Assembly (NCBI RefSeq): GCF_964194155.1
Contig: NC_135901.1
Location: 7,626,001 to 7,690,000, forward strand
Reading direction: 5' to 3'
DNA length: 64,000 nucleotides
Source of the DNA: Cetorhinus maximus
Taxonomy: Eukaryota
Shown: one piece after another, positions 25,850 to 39,259 of the stretch
How positions within the stretch are numbered: position 1 is the stretch's first letter
How the letters are laid out: every line of letters starts with the position of its first letter
Program-made: the position numbers and the translations under genes
The notes under the pieces: generated by a model
Told to the model about the DNA's origin: nothing
Database searches by the model: none
What the model saw: the letters and a program-made list of their open reading frames with translations, nothing else

Positions 25850-26380
25850 TTTAATTCAACATCGGGGACTTCACGCAGGAGAGAGACCGTTCACCTGCTC
25901 CAAGTGTGAGAAGAGATTCAGGTCTTCGACACACCTCATAAAACGCTTACGTGTGCACACTGGGGAGAGGCTGTTCACCTGCCCTGAGTGTGGGAAGAGA
26001 TTCAGGTGTTCACCCAGCCTCACGGAACAACTACATGTGCACCTGGGGGAGAGGCCATTCACCAGCTCTGAGTGTGGAAAGGGATTCACTTGTCATCCCA
26101 GCATCTGACACACCAGCAGGTTCACACTGAGGAGAGACCATTCACCTGCTCCACGTGTGGGAAGAGATTCAGTCGTTCATCCACCTTGCAGAGACACCAT
26201 CAAGTTCACACTGGGGAGAGGCCATTCCTCTGCTCCAAGCGTGGGAAGGGATTCACTCAGTTATCCCACCTGCTGAGACACCAGTGAGTCCACAAGGTGT
26301 TTGATTCTGCTGATATTGCTGAAAATCACATCCAGGACTGAACCATGTTCATTCTGACAGAATTCTGGCTTTCTGAATTG
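25850..26380 (+). pseudogene. C2H2 ZNF pseudogene, 5'-truncated and frameshifted
   Basis: About 5 decayed fingers across ORFs 25539-26108 and 26072-26287; family 3' UTR core at 26330. Confidence 0.85.
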
Positions 26381-26499
26381 GGGTTTGGTGTCCAATGAAT
26401 TACCTTTGTGTGTGCCAACTCTTTGATTTCTCCAGGATAAAAGGAGACTCACTGGCTTCTTGTTACTGACTGCTCCATTTTTGGATCTTTTTGGGATAG

Positions 26500-28190
26500 A
26501 AAGCTGACAAATCCCTGGATCTCACTGCCTACATTCCAGGATTCTGAAAGAGATATTGGATGCACCACTTGTGATTTTCCAAAATTCCCTAGATTCTGGA
26601 ATGGTGCTAATGGATTGGAAGGTGGAAAATGTAATCCCAATCTTCAAGAAAAGCAGGAGGGAGGAAACAAGGAACTACAGGCCATTTAGCTGGACATCAG
26701 TCATCAGGAAAGTACTGGAATCTATTTTTAAGCAGTGGTAACAGAGCACTTAGAAAAGGACAATATGATTAGACAAAAGTCAAAATGGTTTGATGAAAGG
26801 GGAACCGTGTTTGACAAAGCTGTTAGAATTTGTTGAGGATGTAACTCGCAGATTTGATAAAGGGGAACAAGGGAATATATAATGATTGAATTTTGAGAAG
26901 TCATTTGATAAGGTGCCACACAAAAGGTTGTTGCACAAGGTCAGGGCTCATGGGGTTGGGGGTAAAATATTAGCACGGGTGGGGGAGTGGTTAAAGGACA
27001 GAAAACAGAGATTAGGAATAATCATGTCATGTTGAGGTCAGCGGGCTGTTATTCTGGAACAGCGCAAGCAGTAGGACTGGGGTTTCAGATACTTACAGTC
27101 TATATTCAGGAATTACTTCAAGGAACTGAATCCAATGTGTTCAAGTTTGTTGATCATACCAAGTTAGGTGGGTAAGTAAGCTGTGAGGAGGACACAAGGA
27201 GGCTGCAAAGGAACATGGACAGGTTGAATGAGTAGGCAAGAAGGTGGCAGATTGAGTATATGGGAAAATGTGAGGCTATTCACTTGGGTAAGAAGCAGAG
27301 AGAAACTGAATTTTTCTTGAATAGTGAGAAACTAAATGCTGTTGTTCAGAGGGATTTGGGTTTCCTTGCACAAGAAGCAAAGGAAGTGAACATACAAGTG
27401 CAGCAAGCAATTAGAAAATAAATGATATGGTGGTGATGATTCCAAGAGGATTGGAATACAAGAGTAAGGAAGTCTTGCTACAATTGTCCAGGGCTCTGGT
27501 GAGACCACATCTGGATTGCTGTTTACAGTTTTGACCTCCTTACCTAATGAAGGATTTACTTGCTTTAGAGGGATTGTAACAAATGTTCAGTAGATTGAGT
27601 CCTGGGATGATGGGGTTGTGCTATGATCAGAGGTTGAATAGACTGGGACAATACTCTCTGTGCAGTTTAATGGAAGATTCTGAGAATGTTCACGAGATTG
27701 ATTCCTGGGATGATGGGGTTGCGCTATGATGAGAGATTGAGTAGACTGGGCCTATACTCTATAGTTTAATGGAAGGCTCTGAGAATGTTCACTAGATTGA
27801 TTCCTGGGATGATGGAATGTGCTGTGATGAGAGATTGAGTAGACTGGGACTATACTCTCTGCAGTTTAATGGAAGATTCTGAGAGGCTGTTTCCAAGATT
27901 CTACAGCTAGGAGGCATCATCTCTGGCCTTTCAGACTGAGATGAGAATAACTTACTTCACTAAGAGGGTTGTCAATCCTTGGAATTCTCTACTCCAGAGG
28001 ATTGTGGATGCTCACTTATTCACTGTGTTACAGGCTGAAATTGACTGGTTTTTGGACTCTAAGAAAATTAGGGGTTATGAGGATTGAGTGGGAAAGTGGA
28101 GGTTGAAATTGAGGATCAGCCATGATCTGATTAAATGTTGGGGCAGGTTTTAGAGTCTGTATGATTTATTCCAGCTCTTGTTTCTTACGT
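26500..28190 (+). mobile_element. Old CR1 LINE
   Basis: DWKVENVIPIFKK..NYRP and KFVDHTKLGG fragments; CR1-type 3' end. Confidence 0.85.
27583..27884 (+). repeat. About 100-bp tandem repeat x3 inside CR1
   Basis: ATGTTCA..AGATTGA.TCCTGGGATGATGG..AGTTTAATGGAAG..TCTGAGA occurs three times. Confidence 0.9.
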
Positions 28191-28214
28191 TCTCCTATCT
28201 AACTCTGGATTATT

Positions 28215-28745
28215 TCAGTTCTCAGACCTTTGGTTCCTCTCATGGACAAGTCCCAGCTCCCATACCTTCCAGAGGTTTTCCATCATGCTGGGCTCAACAG
28301 TACGGAGACCACCCTCCAGAAAATTCCACTTAGATGGCCAAGCCATGTCCCCCACATGGATGATGACAGAATCCCCAAGCAGATCGTCAATGGGGAACTG
28401 TCTCAGGGTAAACAACATCAAGGTGGTCAGTACAAACGGTACAAGAACACCTTAAAAAAGACCCTTACAAACTTGTGCATTGCAGACCATCTCTCTGGGG
28501 AAAACATTGCAGCCGACTGGCCCATGTGGAGGCAAATACTGAAATTTGGTTCAGCATGTTTCAAGGACCATCTACTCCAGACTCGCAACATCCGATGTGC
28601 CCAGAGGAAGACCAGTGGTGGAGCAGCTGCAGAAGTTCCTCCGGCACCAACAACAACAACATGAACTGCCAGTTCTGTGGGCGTCCATGTCGATCCCACA
28701 TCGGACTCTTCAGTCATGAGAGGAGCCACAGAAAACAATGGAATC
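28215..28745 (+). mobile_element. RTE-clade LINE C-terminal fragment
   Basis: LRWPSHVPHMDDDRIPKQIVNGEL..GGQYKRYK and CQFCGRPCRSHIGLFSHERSH. Confidence 0.85.
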
Positions 28746-29532
28746 ATTTACAGCTTGGACATACTCGAACAAGGAGTCTACCCCAACATTATCCCTGTTC
28801 TCCAGATTGGGGGACTATACTCTGTCTGTATGATTGCAGTGTTGTTAATAAAGTCAGGAAAAGATAATCTGTTGATGTGAGCTTGATTATCTGGTGTCTG
28901 AAACCACAAGATTCAACATTTAGAGTCAACAAGATGAACAAGGAAACACATGGCCCAATACTCCAGCTCAATATTCCCAAGACAAAGTCTGTTACCTAAC
29001 ACCTGGAGTGGGCAGAACAGAGAAAGATCCCAACTGTAAGAAACCCTCGAATCATTTGTAAATGTCTTTCAAATGCTGACAGGTTCCATTCGTCAGCTTC
29101 CATTACATTGAAGTCAATGGGAGGTGAGAGAGCGGTTATTCTAGAACTATAAAGAACAGTAGTTAGATCACAGCTAGAGTACTGAGCACAGTTCTGGTCA
29201 GGGAGCCAGATAAAGTGGGTAGGAAGGACCTATTTCATTAACAGAGAGGTCAATGACCAGGTGGCAGATTTTTAAAGTCATTGGTGGAATGATTAGCAGG
29301 GAGTTGAGGAATGTTGTCACTCAGAGGGTGGTGAGGGTCTAGAACTCACTGTCTGAAAGGATGGTCGAGGCAGAAATAGTCGCATTTAAAAAGTACTCCA
29401 AAATGCACTGGAGGTGCTGTAACCTACAGAGCTATGGATCAGGAGCTTGAAAGTGGGATTAGACTGGAGAGCTCATTTTCAGGTGGCACAGACATGATGG
29501 GCTGAATGGCCTCCTCTGTGCTGTAAATTTCT

Positions 29533-30395
29533 GTGATGACAAGTGGTCCTTGTGTTTTTATCCGAGACAGGCCTCAGGCCAGTCATTTGCTCCAAGTGTT
29601 GATGTGATGGTTCGAGCTAAGAGGTGTGTTCTGGAATCTGTGGTCAGAGGTTGTAATTATTGAGACAGACCCTAATTGAAAAGGGAAACTGAGAAAGGAA
29701 CTGACCCTCCCACTTTCAAAGGAAACTAAGACTGAACCTGGTTAAAATCATATAAAAGGTCACAGAGGGCCCTCAGAGCTCAGTGGTGGATGATGGGTTC
29801 AGTACTGCAGTCCAGGCAGGCTGAAGAAGATAGAGACTCGATACAGGAGCTGCAGCTGTTTCTGTTACTTGGTGGATCTACACCATCCAGACCGTCGTGA
29901 GCAGAGTTGAGGTGGTTCCGCAGATGTGTGTCATTTTTGGTGAAGACCGTGCCCGTGGAACTCAGGTTGGTTGTGCGCTGCTGTTGGCTCGAGATCAGGC
30001 TACATCCTAGAAGAAGAGGAGCTGAAATTCCTTGTGAGGAAGACAGTGTTCTGAGTTGTGACTGAGACTGATGACATATAAGCGAGATACACTGCCAAGT
30101 CAAATCATAAGACCTATCTTAATTGTATCTGTCATTTAATGTGTAATTTATCATTTATAATTGACCATGATTTGCCTTTTAATTCATGTTGAACTAATGT
30201 TGACTTTGGGTTTTAGAGTATAGGTGATTAACTAAGAAAGTGTTCAGTGTTTGCTTTGCTTGACTCCCGTACAGTAAAAATTCTTCTGTTTAAATTATGG
30301 AATCTTGTGTCTTCGTTCTTTCCATAAATAACTGAGATTTCAGATTTCTTCTATTTTAAATAACAAGTTACTGGTCTCTCCCGAGATTACGGCAG
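29533..30395 (+). mobile_element. Possible solo LTR
   Basis: TG start, CATATAAAAGG at about 29750, AT-rich 3' half, CA-ending segment; no TSD confirmed. Confidence 0.3.
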
Positions 30396-31189
30396 GTGCC
30401 AGGTATCAGGAGCAGTAAATAAAATCTAAATGTCAGTTAGCAGTGATATGATTTATCTGTATCCAGTTCTATTTGAATACCTTTTGCTGAATGGGGCCCT
30501 CACCCAGTGCTCAGAATTGAACACAATATTTGAGCTAATCAGGGATTTATAAAGATTCAGGATAACTTCCTTGTTTTTGTATTCCATGCCTCCATTAATA
30601 AACTGAGAATCCCATTAGCATTTTTAAAAACAGTTTGATCAACTTGCCTTATCACAATGAAAGAAGTGTGTACTTTCATCCCCAAGTATTTTGTTGCTAC
30701 ACACTCTGTTTAAAATTGTACCATTTAGTTTATAGCCTCTCCTCATTCTTCCTTCCAAAATGCATCACTGACTGTGAATCACTTTAGGATGTTCTGAGGG
30801 TGTGAAAGGTGTTAAATGAACAGAAGAATTTTCTTTCTCTTTTACAGCTGATTTAAAGTTGTAGATTTTTCTCCAAAGATTAAATTCAGATCAACTAACT
30901 ATTTTACTGCATAAACAACTTCAGGGGGTTAGTGAATTAAGAGGAAAGATCCCAGACAGCGGTTCTTCAAGGTACACTGCAGACCCAACAGCTCAATCAG
31001 CTCCACTCTCAGCTCAGGAGATCTCAACAACCCCACATACTGTCCACAGGGGAGTTCTCCTGGTGCAGTGGGACCAACATTCATGCTTTAACTGACACCA
31101 AAAAAACTGGATTAATCGGTCACCGTCTGATTGCTGTTTGTGGAATCTTACCATGTGCAAACTGGCTATTGTAAAACAGTAACAAATTG

Positions 31190-32660
31190 TATTTATATAA
31201 CATGTTTAATGTAATAAAACATCCCAAGGTGCTTCGGGGGAGTTATCATAAAGAAAAAATTAACACTGAGTCACATTGGTCTTTATTTGAACAGATGTCC
31301 AAAAGCTGATTGGAGAGGCAGATTTTAACAAGCAACTTTAATCAGGAGAGAGAGCTAGAGAGGTTTAAGGAGAGAATTTCAGAGTTTCATGCATGGGCAC
31401 ATGCACCATTGGGGGAGTAATTAAAATCAGGGATGTTCAAGAGGCCAGAATGAGAAGGGTGCAGATATCTCACAGGATGTGTGAAACTGGAGATTACAGA
31501 GATAGGGAGGGACAGGGCAATGGAGGAATTTGAAAACAAGGATGTAAATTTTAAAGTCAAGGCATTGCTTGACCAGGAGCCAATGTAGGTCAGTGAGCAC
31601 AGGGGTGATGGGTGAATGAGACATGGTCTAAGAAAGCACACGGGTTTTGGATAATCTCACGTTTTCGTGTTGCAGTGGGGTGAACGTGAGAGGCTGGTCA
31701 GAAATGTATTGGAATCGTCAAGTCTAAAGGTAACACGGACATGGATGAGGGTTTCAGCAGCAGATGAGCTGTGGTGGGGTGAAGACAGGAGATGTTATGG
31801 AGATTGAAATATCCGATATTAGTGATGGTGTGGATATGTGGTCGGGAGCTCATCTTGGGGTCAGATATGAGACTAAGATTGTGAAGAGTGTGGTTCAGTC
31901 TCAGACAGTTCCTAGGGAGAGGGATGGACTCGGTAGTTAGGGAACGGAATTTGTAGTGGTGACCGAAGACAATGGCTTTGGTCTTCCCAATTTTTAATTG
32001 GAGGAAATTTCTGCTCATCCAGTACGGGATGTCGGATAAGCAGTTTGATAATTTAGTAATAGTAGAAGAATGGAGAGGGATGGTGGTGAAGTAGAGCTGG
32101 GCGTTCTCAGTGTACATGTGAAAACTAACACGTTGCTTTTGGGTGATGTCGCCTAGTAGCAGCATGTAGATGAGAAATAGAAGGGGCCAAGGATAGATCC
32201 TTGGGGAACACCAACTTCAAGGACTTTGGTGAGGAAAGGGAGGTTGGAGATGGGGTGGTAATATTTGCAAAGACGGTGGTGTGAAAGGTTTTTTGGGGTG
32301 GATGATGAGGGTGAATTTAAAGGTGTGAGGGACAGTATCAGAAGAGAGACAGAACCATTAACAATATCAGATAACGTAAGGAAGTTGGGTGATCAGTGCT
32401 TTAAGTGGGGAAAGAGTAAAGGGAGAAGAAGGCAGGTCTCATGGACAAGATGAGAAATGAGGGGGTATGATGGAAGGTAGGAGGGAAACCGGAGAAAGAT
32501 GTGAGTTTAGACAAGGGGGAAGTTTAAAGACAGAATGACCGAGTGGGCTAATGAAAGGGAGGGAAGTAGCTGATCAGATTGTCTCAATCTTAGTGACAAA
32601 GAAGCTCCATGAGCGCCTCACACTTGTTGTTGGAGGTGAGGATGGAGGAGATGGGGGAGA
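31190..32660 (-). mobile_element. L2-clade LINE, degenerate
   Basis: SFHMYTENAQLY, LSDIPYWMSRNFLQL.IGKT, ITPVLTDLHWL.VKQ..DFKI motifs. Confidence 0.85.
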
Positions 32661-32847
32661 GGGAGACCCCTTCAAAAGGAACTAACTTGTTTCAGAGATA
32701 CTAAAAAGATATTACACAGTGTGGTTATCACAAAGAAAACAAACTTGATCTTTGTCCAGGATATTAGCCTCTATAACTAGGGTGCAGCTTATTAACAGAC
32801 CAAATGAACACAGTTCAGTCCGGGATTTGATTAACAGCAAAATCCAA

Positions 32848-33810
32848 TCACTGTTGTGACTTGTGAGCTCGCTGGTGTCTCAGCAGGTTAGATGATTGAG
32901 TGAATCCCTTTCCACAATCGGAGCAGGTGAACGGCCTCTCCCCAGTGTGAACTCGCTGGTGTCTCAGCAGGTTGGATGACTGAGTGAATTTCTTCCCACA
33001 ATTGGAACAGGTGAATAGCCTCTCCCCACTGTGAACTCGCTGGTGTCTAAGCAGTGCAGATGACTGAGTGAAATGCTTCCCACACTCAGAGCAGGTGAAT
33101 GGCCTCTCCCCAGTGTGAACTCGCTGGTGTCTCAGCAGGGTGTATGATTGAGTGAATTCCTCTCCACAGTCAGAGCAGGTGAACGGTCTCTCTCCAGTGT
33201 GAGTGCGCTGGTGTACAGCGAGATGAGATGATCGTCTGAACCCAGTCCCACAGTCAGAGCACCTGAACGGTCTCTCATCAGTGTGAACTTGTTGATGGTA
33301 CATCAGTTCCTGAGAAGTTTTATAACACTTCCCGCAGTCCAGACATTTAAAAGATCTCTCGTCAGTGTGAACTCTTTGGTGTGTCATCAGGTTGGAGGAA
33401 TTAATGAACCCCTTCCCACACACAGAGCAGGCGAACGGTCTCTCCCTAGTGTGAACTCGATGGTGTGTCCGCAGGGTGGATAAGTGAGTGAATCCCATCC
33501 CGCACATGGAGCAGATGAAAGGCCTCTCCCTGGTGTGAACTCGCTGGTGTGTCAGCAGAGTGGATGACTGAGTGAATCCCATCCCACATACAGAGCAGGT
33601 GAATGGCCTCTCTCCTGTGTGACTGCGCTGATGAGTTTCCAGTTCTGAGGGGTAATTGAATCCCTTCCCACAGTCCCCACATTTCCACGGTTTCTCCCTG
33701 TTGTGACTGCATTTATGTTTTGACAGGTTAGATGATCGGTTGAAGCCTTGTCCACACACAGAACACGTGTACGGTTTCTCCCAACTGTGAACGGTGCTTT
33801 TTCCTTCCAT
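32848..33810 (-). CDS. C2H2 zinc-finger protein, 11 fingers, no effector domain
   Basis: Intact ORF from ATG at 33810; acceptor AG at 33915-33914; promoter at 36.5-36.9 kb. Confidence 0.92.
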   Translation of the reverse strand: MEGKSTVHSWEKPYTCSVCGQGFNRSSNLSKHKCSHNREKPWKCGDCGKGFNYPSELETHQRSHTGERPFTCSVCGMGFTQSSTLLTHQRVHTRERPFICSMCGMGFTHLSTLRTHHRVHTRERPFACSVCGKGFINSSNLMTHQRVHTDERSFKCLDCGKCYKTSQELMYHQQVHTDERPFRCSDCGTGFRRSSHLAVHQRTHTGERPFTCSDCGEEFTQSYTLLRHQRVHTGERPFTCSECGKHFTQSSALLRHQRVHSGERLFTCSNCGKKFTQSSNLLRHQRVHTGERPFTCSDCGKGFTQSSNLLRHQRAHKSQQ

Positions 33811-34345
33811 GTTCAAATTCTGATGATACTTATGATAAATTGGGCGACCCTGTCAAATCCTGATGTGATGTTTGGTTTCAGTTTTCAACTGCAAATCCTC
33901 ACTTTCCAATACCCTGTCAAATCGATCGAAAACAGGAAAAAAAGGGAGTTAGAGAGAACCCACAAAAACACAAAAACAGGTTGTGAAATTGAGCTGAATG
34001 AATCTGGCAATTTGTGAGGCCGGCACTAGGAAAAAGTGACCATGAAGACTGCTGGATTGTCATCAAAACCCAACTGGTCCATTAATGTCCTTCAGGGAAG
34101 GGAACCTGCCACCCGGTCTGGGCCTGCACAAGACTCTGTCCTCTATGGGAGGGCTGAAAGGGAGAGAGAAAGAAGTGGGAGAGGCAGGAGACAAAGGAGA
34201 GGAATTCTTTATATCGACAGCTTGACCAGAACTACAGAACATCCTAAACCTTCAACCCCCACCACCTAGAAGGACCAGGGTATCAGGTGTTTTTGAACTC
34301 CATCACCTCCAAGTTCCCTTCCAAGTCACACACCATCCTGACTTG

Positions 34346-36175
34346 TCTGACATCCAGTACTGGATGAACAGAAATTACCTCCACTTAAATATTGGGATGA
34401 CTGAAACCATTGTCTTCAGTCCCCACTACAAGCTCCACTCCCTAATCACTGACTCCATCCCTCTCCCTGGCAACTGTCTGAGACTGAATCAGACTGTTCA
34501 CAACCATGGAGTCATCTTTAAAACCGAGTCGAGCTTTCAGCTACATACCTGTTACATCCCTGAGACCGCCTATTTCCACCTTGTAAACATCACCCGATTC
34601 CATCCTAGTCTCAGCTTATCTGCTGCTGAAACTCTCAACCATTCTTTTGTTATCTCGAGATTTAACTATCCTAACACACTCCTGGCCAGTGTCCTACAAT
34701 CAACTTCTCTGCAATCTTGAGGTCATTCAAAACTCTGCTACCCGTGCGCTTATTCACACCAAGTCTTGTTCACCCATCACCTCTGTCTTTTTTAAAAATT
34801 ATTTTACGGGGTGTGGGTGTCACTGGCTAGGGCAGCATTTATCACCCATCCCTAATTGCCCTTGAGAAGCTGGTGGGGATGTCCAATTCTCTTTGCAGTC
34901 CATGTGGCGTAGGTACATCCACAGTTCTGTTAGGGAGGGAGTTCCAGTGACAGTGAAGGAACGGCGATATATTTCCAAGTCAGGATGGTGAGTGACTTGG
35001 AGGGGAACCTCCAGGTGGTGGTGTTCCCATCTATCTGCTGCCCTTGTCCTTCTAGATGGTAGTGGCCGTGTGTTCGGAATGTGCTGTCAAAGAATCCTTC
35101 TGAGTTGCAGCCGTGCATTTTGTAGATGGTACACACTGCTGCTGCTGTGCATCGGTTATGGAGGGAGTGAATGTTTAAGTGACTGGAGTGCCAGTTAAGT
35201 GAGATGCTTTATCCAGGATGGTGTTGAGCTTTGAGTGTAGTTGGAGCTGCTCTCATCCAGGCAAGTGGATATTCCAATATTCCATCACATCCCTGACTTG
35301 TGCCTTGTAGATGGTGGACAGGTTTTGGGGAGTCAGGAGGTAAGTTATTCTCCACAGAATTCCCAGCCTCTGACCTGCCCTTGTCGCCCCAGTATTTCTA
35401 TGGCTAGTCCAGTTCAGTTTCTGGTCAATGGTAACTCCCAGGATGTTGATAGTAGGGGATTGAACGATGGTAATGCCATTGAATGTCACAGGGAGATGGT
35501 CAGATTCACTGTTGTTAGTGACGGTCATTGCCTGACATTTGTGTGGCACGAATGTTCACCCTTCAATCCTGTGCTCACTGACCTACAAAGTCTCCAGGTT
35601 ACGAAGCTCCAAAATTTTAAATTTCCCATCCTTGCTTTCAAATCCCTTCATGCTCACAGCCTGCCATAACTCTGTACCCATGGTGACTGTCCGCCATAAC
35701 TCTGTACCCATGGTGACTGTCCGCCATAACTCTGTAACCATGGTATCGGCCTGCCATAACTCTGTAACCATGGTGACTGCCCAACCGGACTCTACAATCA
35801 TGGTGACTGCCCGCCATAGCTCTGTAATCTCCTCCAACCTCACAAGCTTCCCAGATATCTGTGCTTCTCTAATTCTGACATCCTGAGCTCTCCTGATTTT
35901 AATTGTTCCATCTTTGGTGACCACATCTTCAGCTGCCAACAGCATAAGCTCTGGGATTTCCTCTCTAAACCCCTCCACATCTCGACCTCACTTTTCTACT
36001 TTAAGGTTATCCTTAAAACGTACCTCTGGTTTTTTTACGCCTTTGGTGATCTGCCCTCATATCTCCTTACATGACTCTGTGCCAAATGTTGCTTTATAAA
36101 ACACCTGTGAAACACCCTGGAAAGGTCTATTACATGAAATGTGTTATATAAATACACATTGTTGTTGTTGTTGAT
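34346..36175 (+). mobile_element. L2-clade LINE 3' part with (TTG)n tail, interrupted by an unassigned LINE (about 34790-35555, minus)
   Basis: SDIQYWMNRNYLHLNIGMTE..AETLNHSFVISRFNY; flanked by TGACTTG/TGATTTG. Confidence 0.85.
35661..35829 (+). repeat. 30-bp minisatellite, about 5.6 copies
   Basis: Unit CCGCCATAACTCTGTA(A/C)CCATGGTGACTG(T/C). Confidence 0.92.
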
Positions 36176-36479
36176 TTGGACATATATTGCTGTTCCTTCA
36201 TCATCGTTGTCACTCCTTACCCCACATCACTATGGGAGCACCTTCACCACATGGACTACAGCAGTTCAAGGAGGTCAAACATCATCTTCTCCACAGGTAA
36301 CTGGGGATGGGTAATATCTGCTGCTGGTCTTGTTAATGAAAGGGCAGAGGAGTGGGACGAGCTGATTTGCTCCTGCAGAGAGACAGCACAGGCAGGATGG
36401 GCTGAATGGCCTCTGTCTGTATTGTAACCATTCAATGATTCAATGATAAAGAACCGACTCTGGAGACCAGGGACCAGCC

Positions 36480-36880
36480 TCTGGAACCAATGCCCAGCCT
36501 GATACAAACCGGCTCTTCATTGATCTGGGAGCTGCAGCCCCGCTCGGTGCAAACGGGGGAGGGGGACCGGTCAGTTTATTTCCGAGGTTTGCGGTTTACA
36601 CAACATGTTTCCGGAGCCTCTCCGTCCACCCGCCGGATCCATCGCTCCCTCCTCCCCGCCATCCCCCCCTTTACCCATTGTGGACCCGTCTCCCCATCGC
36701 CATTACCTGTACTGCGCATGCTTCAGTCACAGCCTGGCCCCGCCCCCTCAGTCACTCCGATTGATTGGAGGACCAGCCGCCCTCGCTCGGAGCCCAGCCC
36801 CCACTTCCTATTGGTCCGGAGCTGCCGTCAATCACCCGGGCATTGTGACGGTTTCAAACGCTGAGAGCGGCCACAGACTC
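36480..36880 (-). promoter_or_regulatory. Promoter/exon 1 of the 33.8-kb ZNF gene
   Basis: Minus strand order CCAAT, (C/T)CAAT, GGGGCGGGG, GCATGCGCA, ATGGCG, candidate donor GTAAAG at 36674; close copy at 48.15-48.55 kb. Confidence 0.75.
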
Positions 36881-36976
36881 AGCCTGACTTGCTGATTCTT
36901 GGCAGCATTTTCTGTTTGGGAATTAGAGCTAGAGATGGATGGTCAGTTCCCCTCTGTCCGGGGGGGATTCACACTC

Positions 36977-37048
36977 ATTTCCCCAGTGCAGTGATTATCA
37001 CCTTTACTTTACATGAGAAAGTGTCCGGTTCAATCCCGGCTGGAAAAT
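36977..37048 (+). pseudogene. tRNA-Val(TAC) pseudogene
   Basis: ATTTCCCCAGTGCAGTGATTATCAC..TTTACATGAGAAAGTGTCCGGTTCAATCCCGGCTGGAAA; B box intact. Confidence 0.8.
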
Positions 37049-37054
37049 TGTTAC

Positions 37055-38790
37055 TGATTTTTTTTTATTCATTCACGGGACGTGGGCTTCACTGGCTGGG
37101 CCAGCATTTACTGCCCACCCCCAGTTGCCCTTGAGAAGGTGATGTTGAGTTGCCTTCTTGAACCGCTGCAGTGCATGTGGTATGGACACACCCACAGTGC
37201 TGTTAGGAAGGGAGTTCCAGGATTTTGACCCAGCGACAGGATGGTGAGTGACTTGGAGGGGAACTTCCAGGTGGTAAAAGCAAAATACTGTGGATGCTGG
37301 AAATCTGAAACAAAAACAGGAAATGCTGGAAAAACTCAGCAGGTCTAACAGCATCTGTAGAGAGAATAAACACTCAATTAACGTTTCGAGTCTGTATGAC
37401 TCTCCTTCCGGGTGATGGTGTTCCCATATATCTGCTGCACTTGTCCTTCTAGATGGGAGTGGTCATTGGTTTAGAAGTTGCTGCCAAAGCAGCCTTGGTG
37501 AATTCCTGCAGTGCATCTTGGAGATACACTGCTGATACTGTGCGTCAGTGGCTAGAGGGGCAGCAAGTTCTGGAGCACCAAGTCTTCAGTACTATTGCCA
37601 GAACATTGTCAGGGCCCATAGCCTTTGCAGTATCCAGTGCCTTCAGCCACTTCTTGACAGCATTTGGAGTGAATTCAATTGGCTGAAGACTGGCATCTGT
37701 GATTTTGGGGACCTCCGGAAGAGCCCGAGATGGATCATCCACTCGGCACCTCTGGCTGAAGATTGTAGCAAATGTTTCAGCCTCATCTTTTACACTGATG
37801 TGCTGAGCTCCTCCATCATTGAGGATGGGGATACTTGTGAAGCCTCCTACTCCAGTGAGTCGTTTAATTGTCCACCACCATTCATGACTGGATGTGGCAG
37901 GACTGCAGAGCTTGGATCTGGTCCATTGGTTGTGGGATTGCTTAGCCGTTTATCACTTGCTGCTTATGCTGTTTGGCACACAAGTAGTCCTGTGTTATAG
38001 CTTCAAAAGGTTGAAACTTTATCTTTAGGTATGCCTGATGTTGCTCCTGGCATGCCCCCCTGCACTCTTCATTGAACCAGTGTTGGTCCCCTGGCTTGAT
38101 GGTAATGGTAGAGTGGGTGATTTGCCAGGCTATTCTTTATAGATTCTTTTTGAGTGCAATTCTGCTGCTGCTGATGGCCCACAGCGCCTCATGGATACCC
38201 AGTCTTGAGTTGCTAGATCTGTTCAAAATCTATCCCATTTAGCACGGTGGCAGTGCCACTGTGGAGGGTATCCTCAATGTGAAGGTGAGACTTTCTCTCC
38301 ATGAGGACTGTGCGGTGGTCACTCCTACTGATATTGTCATGGACAGTTGCATCTGTGGTAGGCAGGTTGGTGAGGATGAGGTCAAATGTGTTCTTCCCTC
38401 TTCTTGGTTCCCTCATCACCTGCCGCAGACTCAGTGTAGCAGCTATGTCAATTAGGTCTCAGTCAGCTCAGTCTGTAGTGGTACTACCGAGCCACTCTTA
38501 GTGATAGACTCTGAAGTCCCCCACCCAGGTTACATTCTGCGCCCTTGCCACCCTCAGTGCTTCCTCCAAGTGGTGCTCAACATGGAGGAGCACTCATTCA
38601 TCAGCTGAGGGAGGGTGGTACGTGGTAATCAGCAGGAGGTTTCCTTGCCCATGTTTCACCTAATGCCATGAGACTTCATGGGGTCTAGAGTCAATGTAGA
38701 GGGCTCTCAGGGCAACTCCCTCTCAGCTGTATACCACTGTGCTGCCACCTCTGCAGGGCCTGTTCTTCCAGTGGGACAGGACATCCCCAG
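37055..38790 (-). mobile_element. Unassigned LINE family (EN/RT fragments plus tail) with a PLE terminus inserted at about 37275-37410
   Basis: LDTAKAMGPDNV.AIVLKT; RGKNTFDLILTN..SDHRTV (endonuclease C-terminus). Confidence 0.8.
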
Positions 38791-38859
38791 GGGTGGTGAT
38801 GTTGGGTGGGGGTGGAGAAGTGGGCAGGGAGAAGTACCAAATAAAGTACAAACCTGAGA

Positions 38860-39130
38860 GTTGGACCGGGGTTAACGGGACACCAACTGGAGCGGATGCG
38901 GAGCTGGGCGGAGCAGACCAGGTGATCACAATTGGGGAGGGGGCGGTGACTGATGTGCGCTCCAACCAATAGGGAGAGGGTGGGTGGAACTGGAGGACAG
39001 ATTGGGGGTGGGTCCTCCAACCAATGATGGTGCGGCGGGGGGCAGGGTGTGGTGTGGAGCTCAGGTGCGCTGAAGCAGGTTGTGAGGCGCTGTCCCCAGG
39101 TGAGAGCAGCTGAGGCAGCACAGAGCTAGG
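38860..39130 (+). promoter_or_regulatory. Orphan double-CCAAT promoter module
   Basis: Aligns to the 15.8/36.8/48.4-kb module; no ZNF exon downstream. Confidence 0.55.
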
Positions 39131-39259
39131 ACTGGAAACTGGGGCTGTTCTGGGACAGGGGGCAGAGTGGGGGGGGAATCACAGGCAAAAATAATACAAT
39201 AATTAAAATGTTTATATATTATTTATTAATTGTAGATATATATAAAAGTGTACATCGAT

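Noticed and set aside
27583-27884. Repeat arrays (also 35661-35829) as CRISPR-like
   Set aside because: Head-to-tail repeats without unique spacers, TE-derived, in eukaryotic DNA
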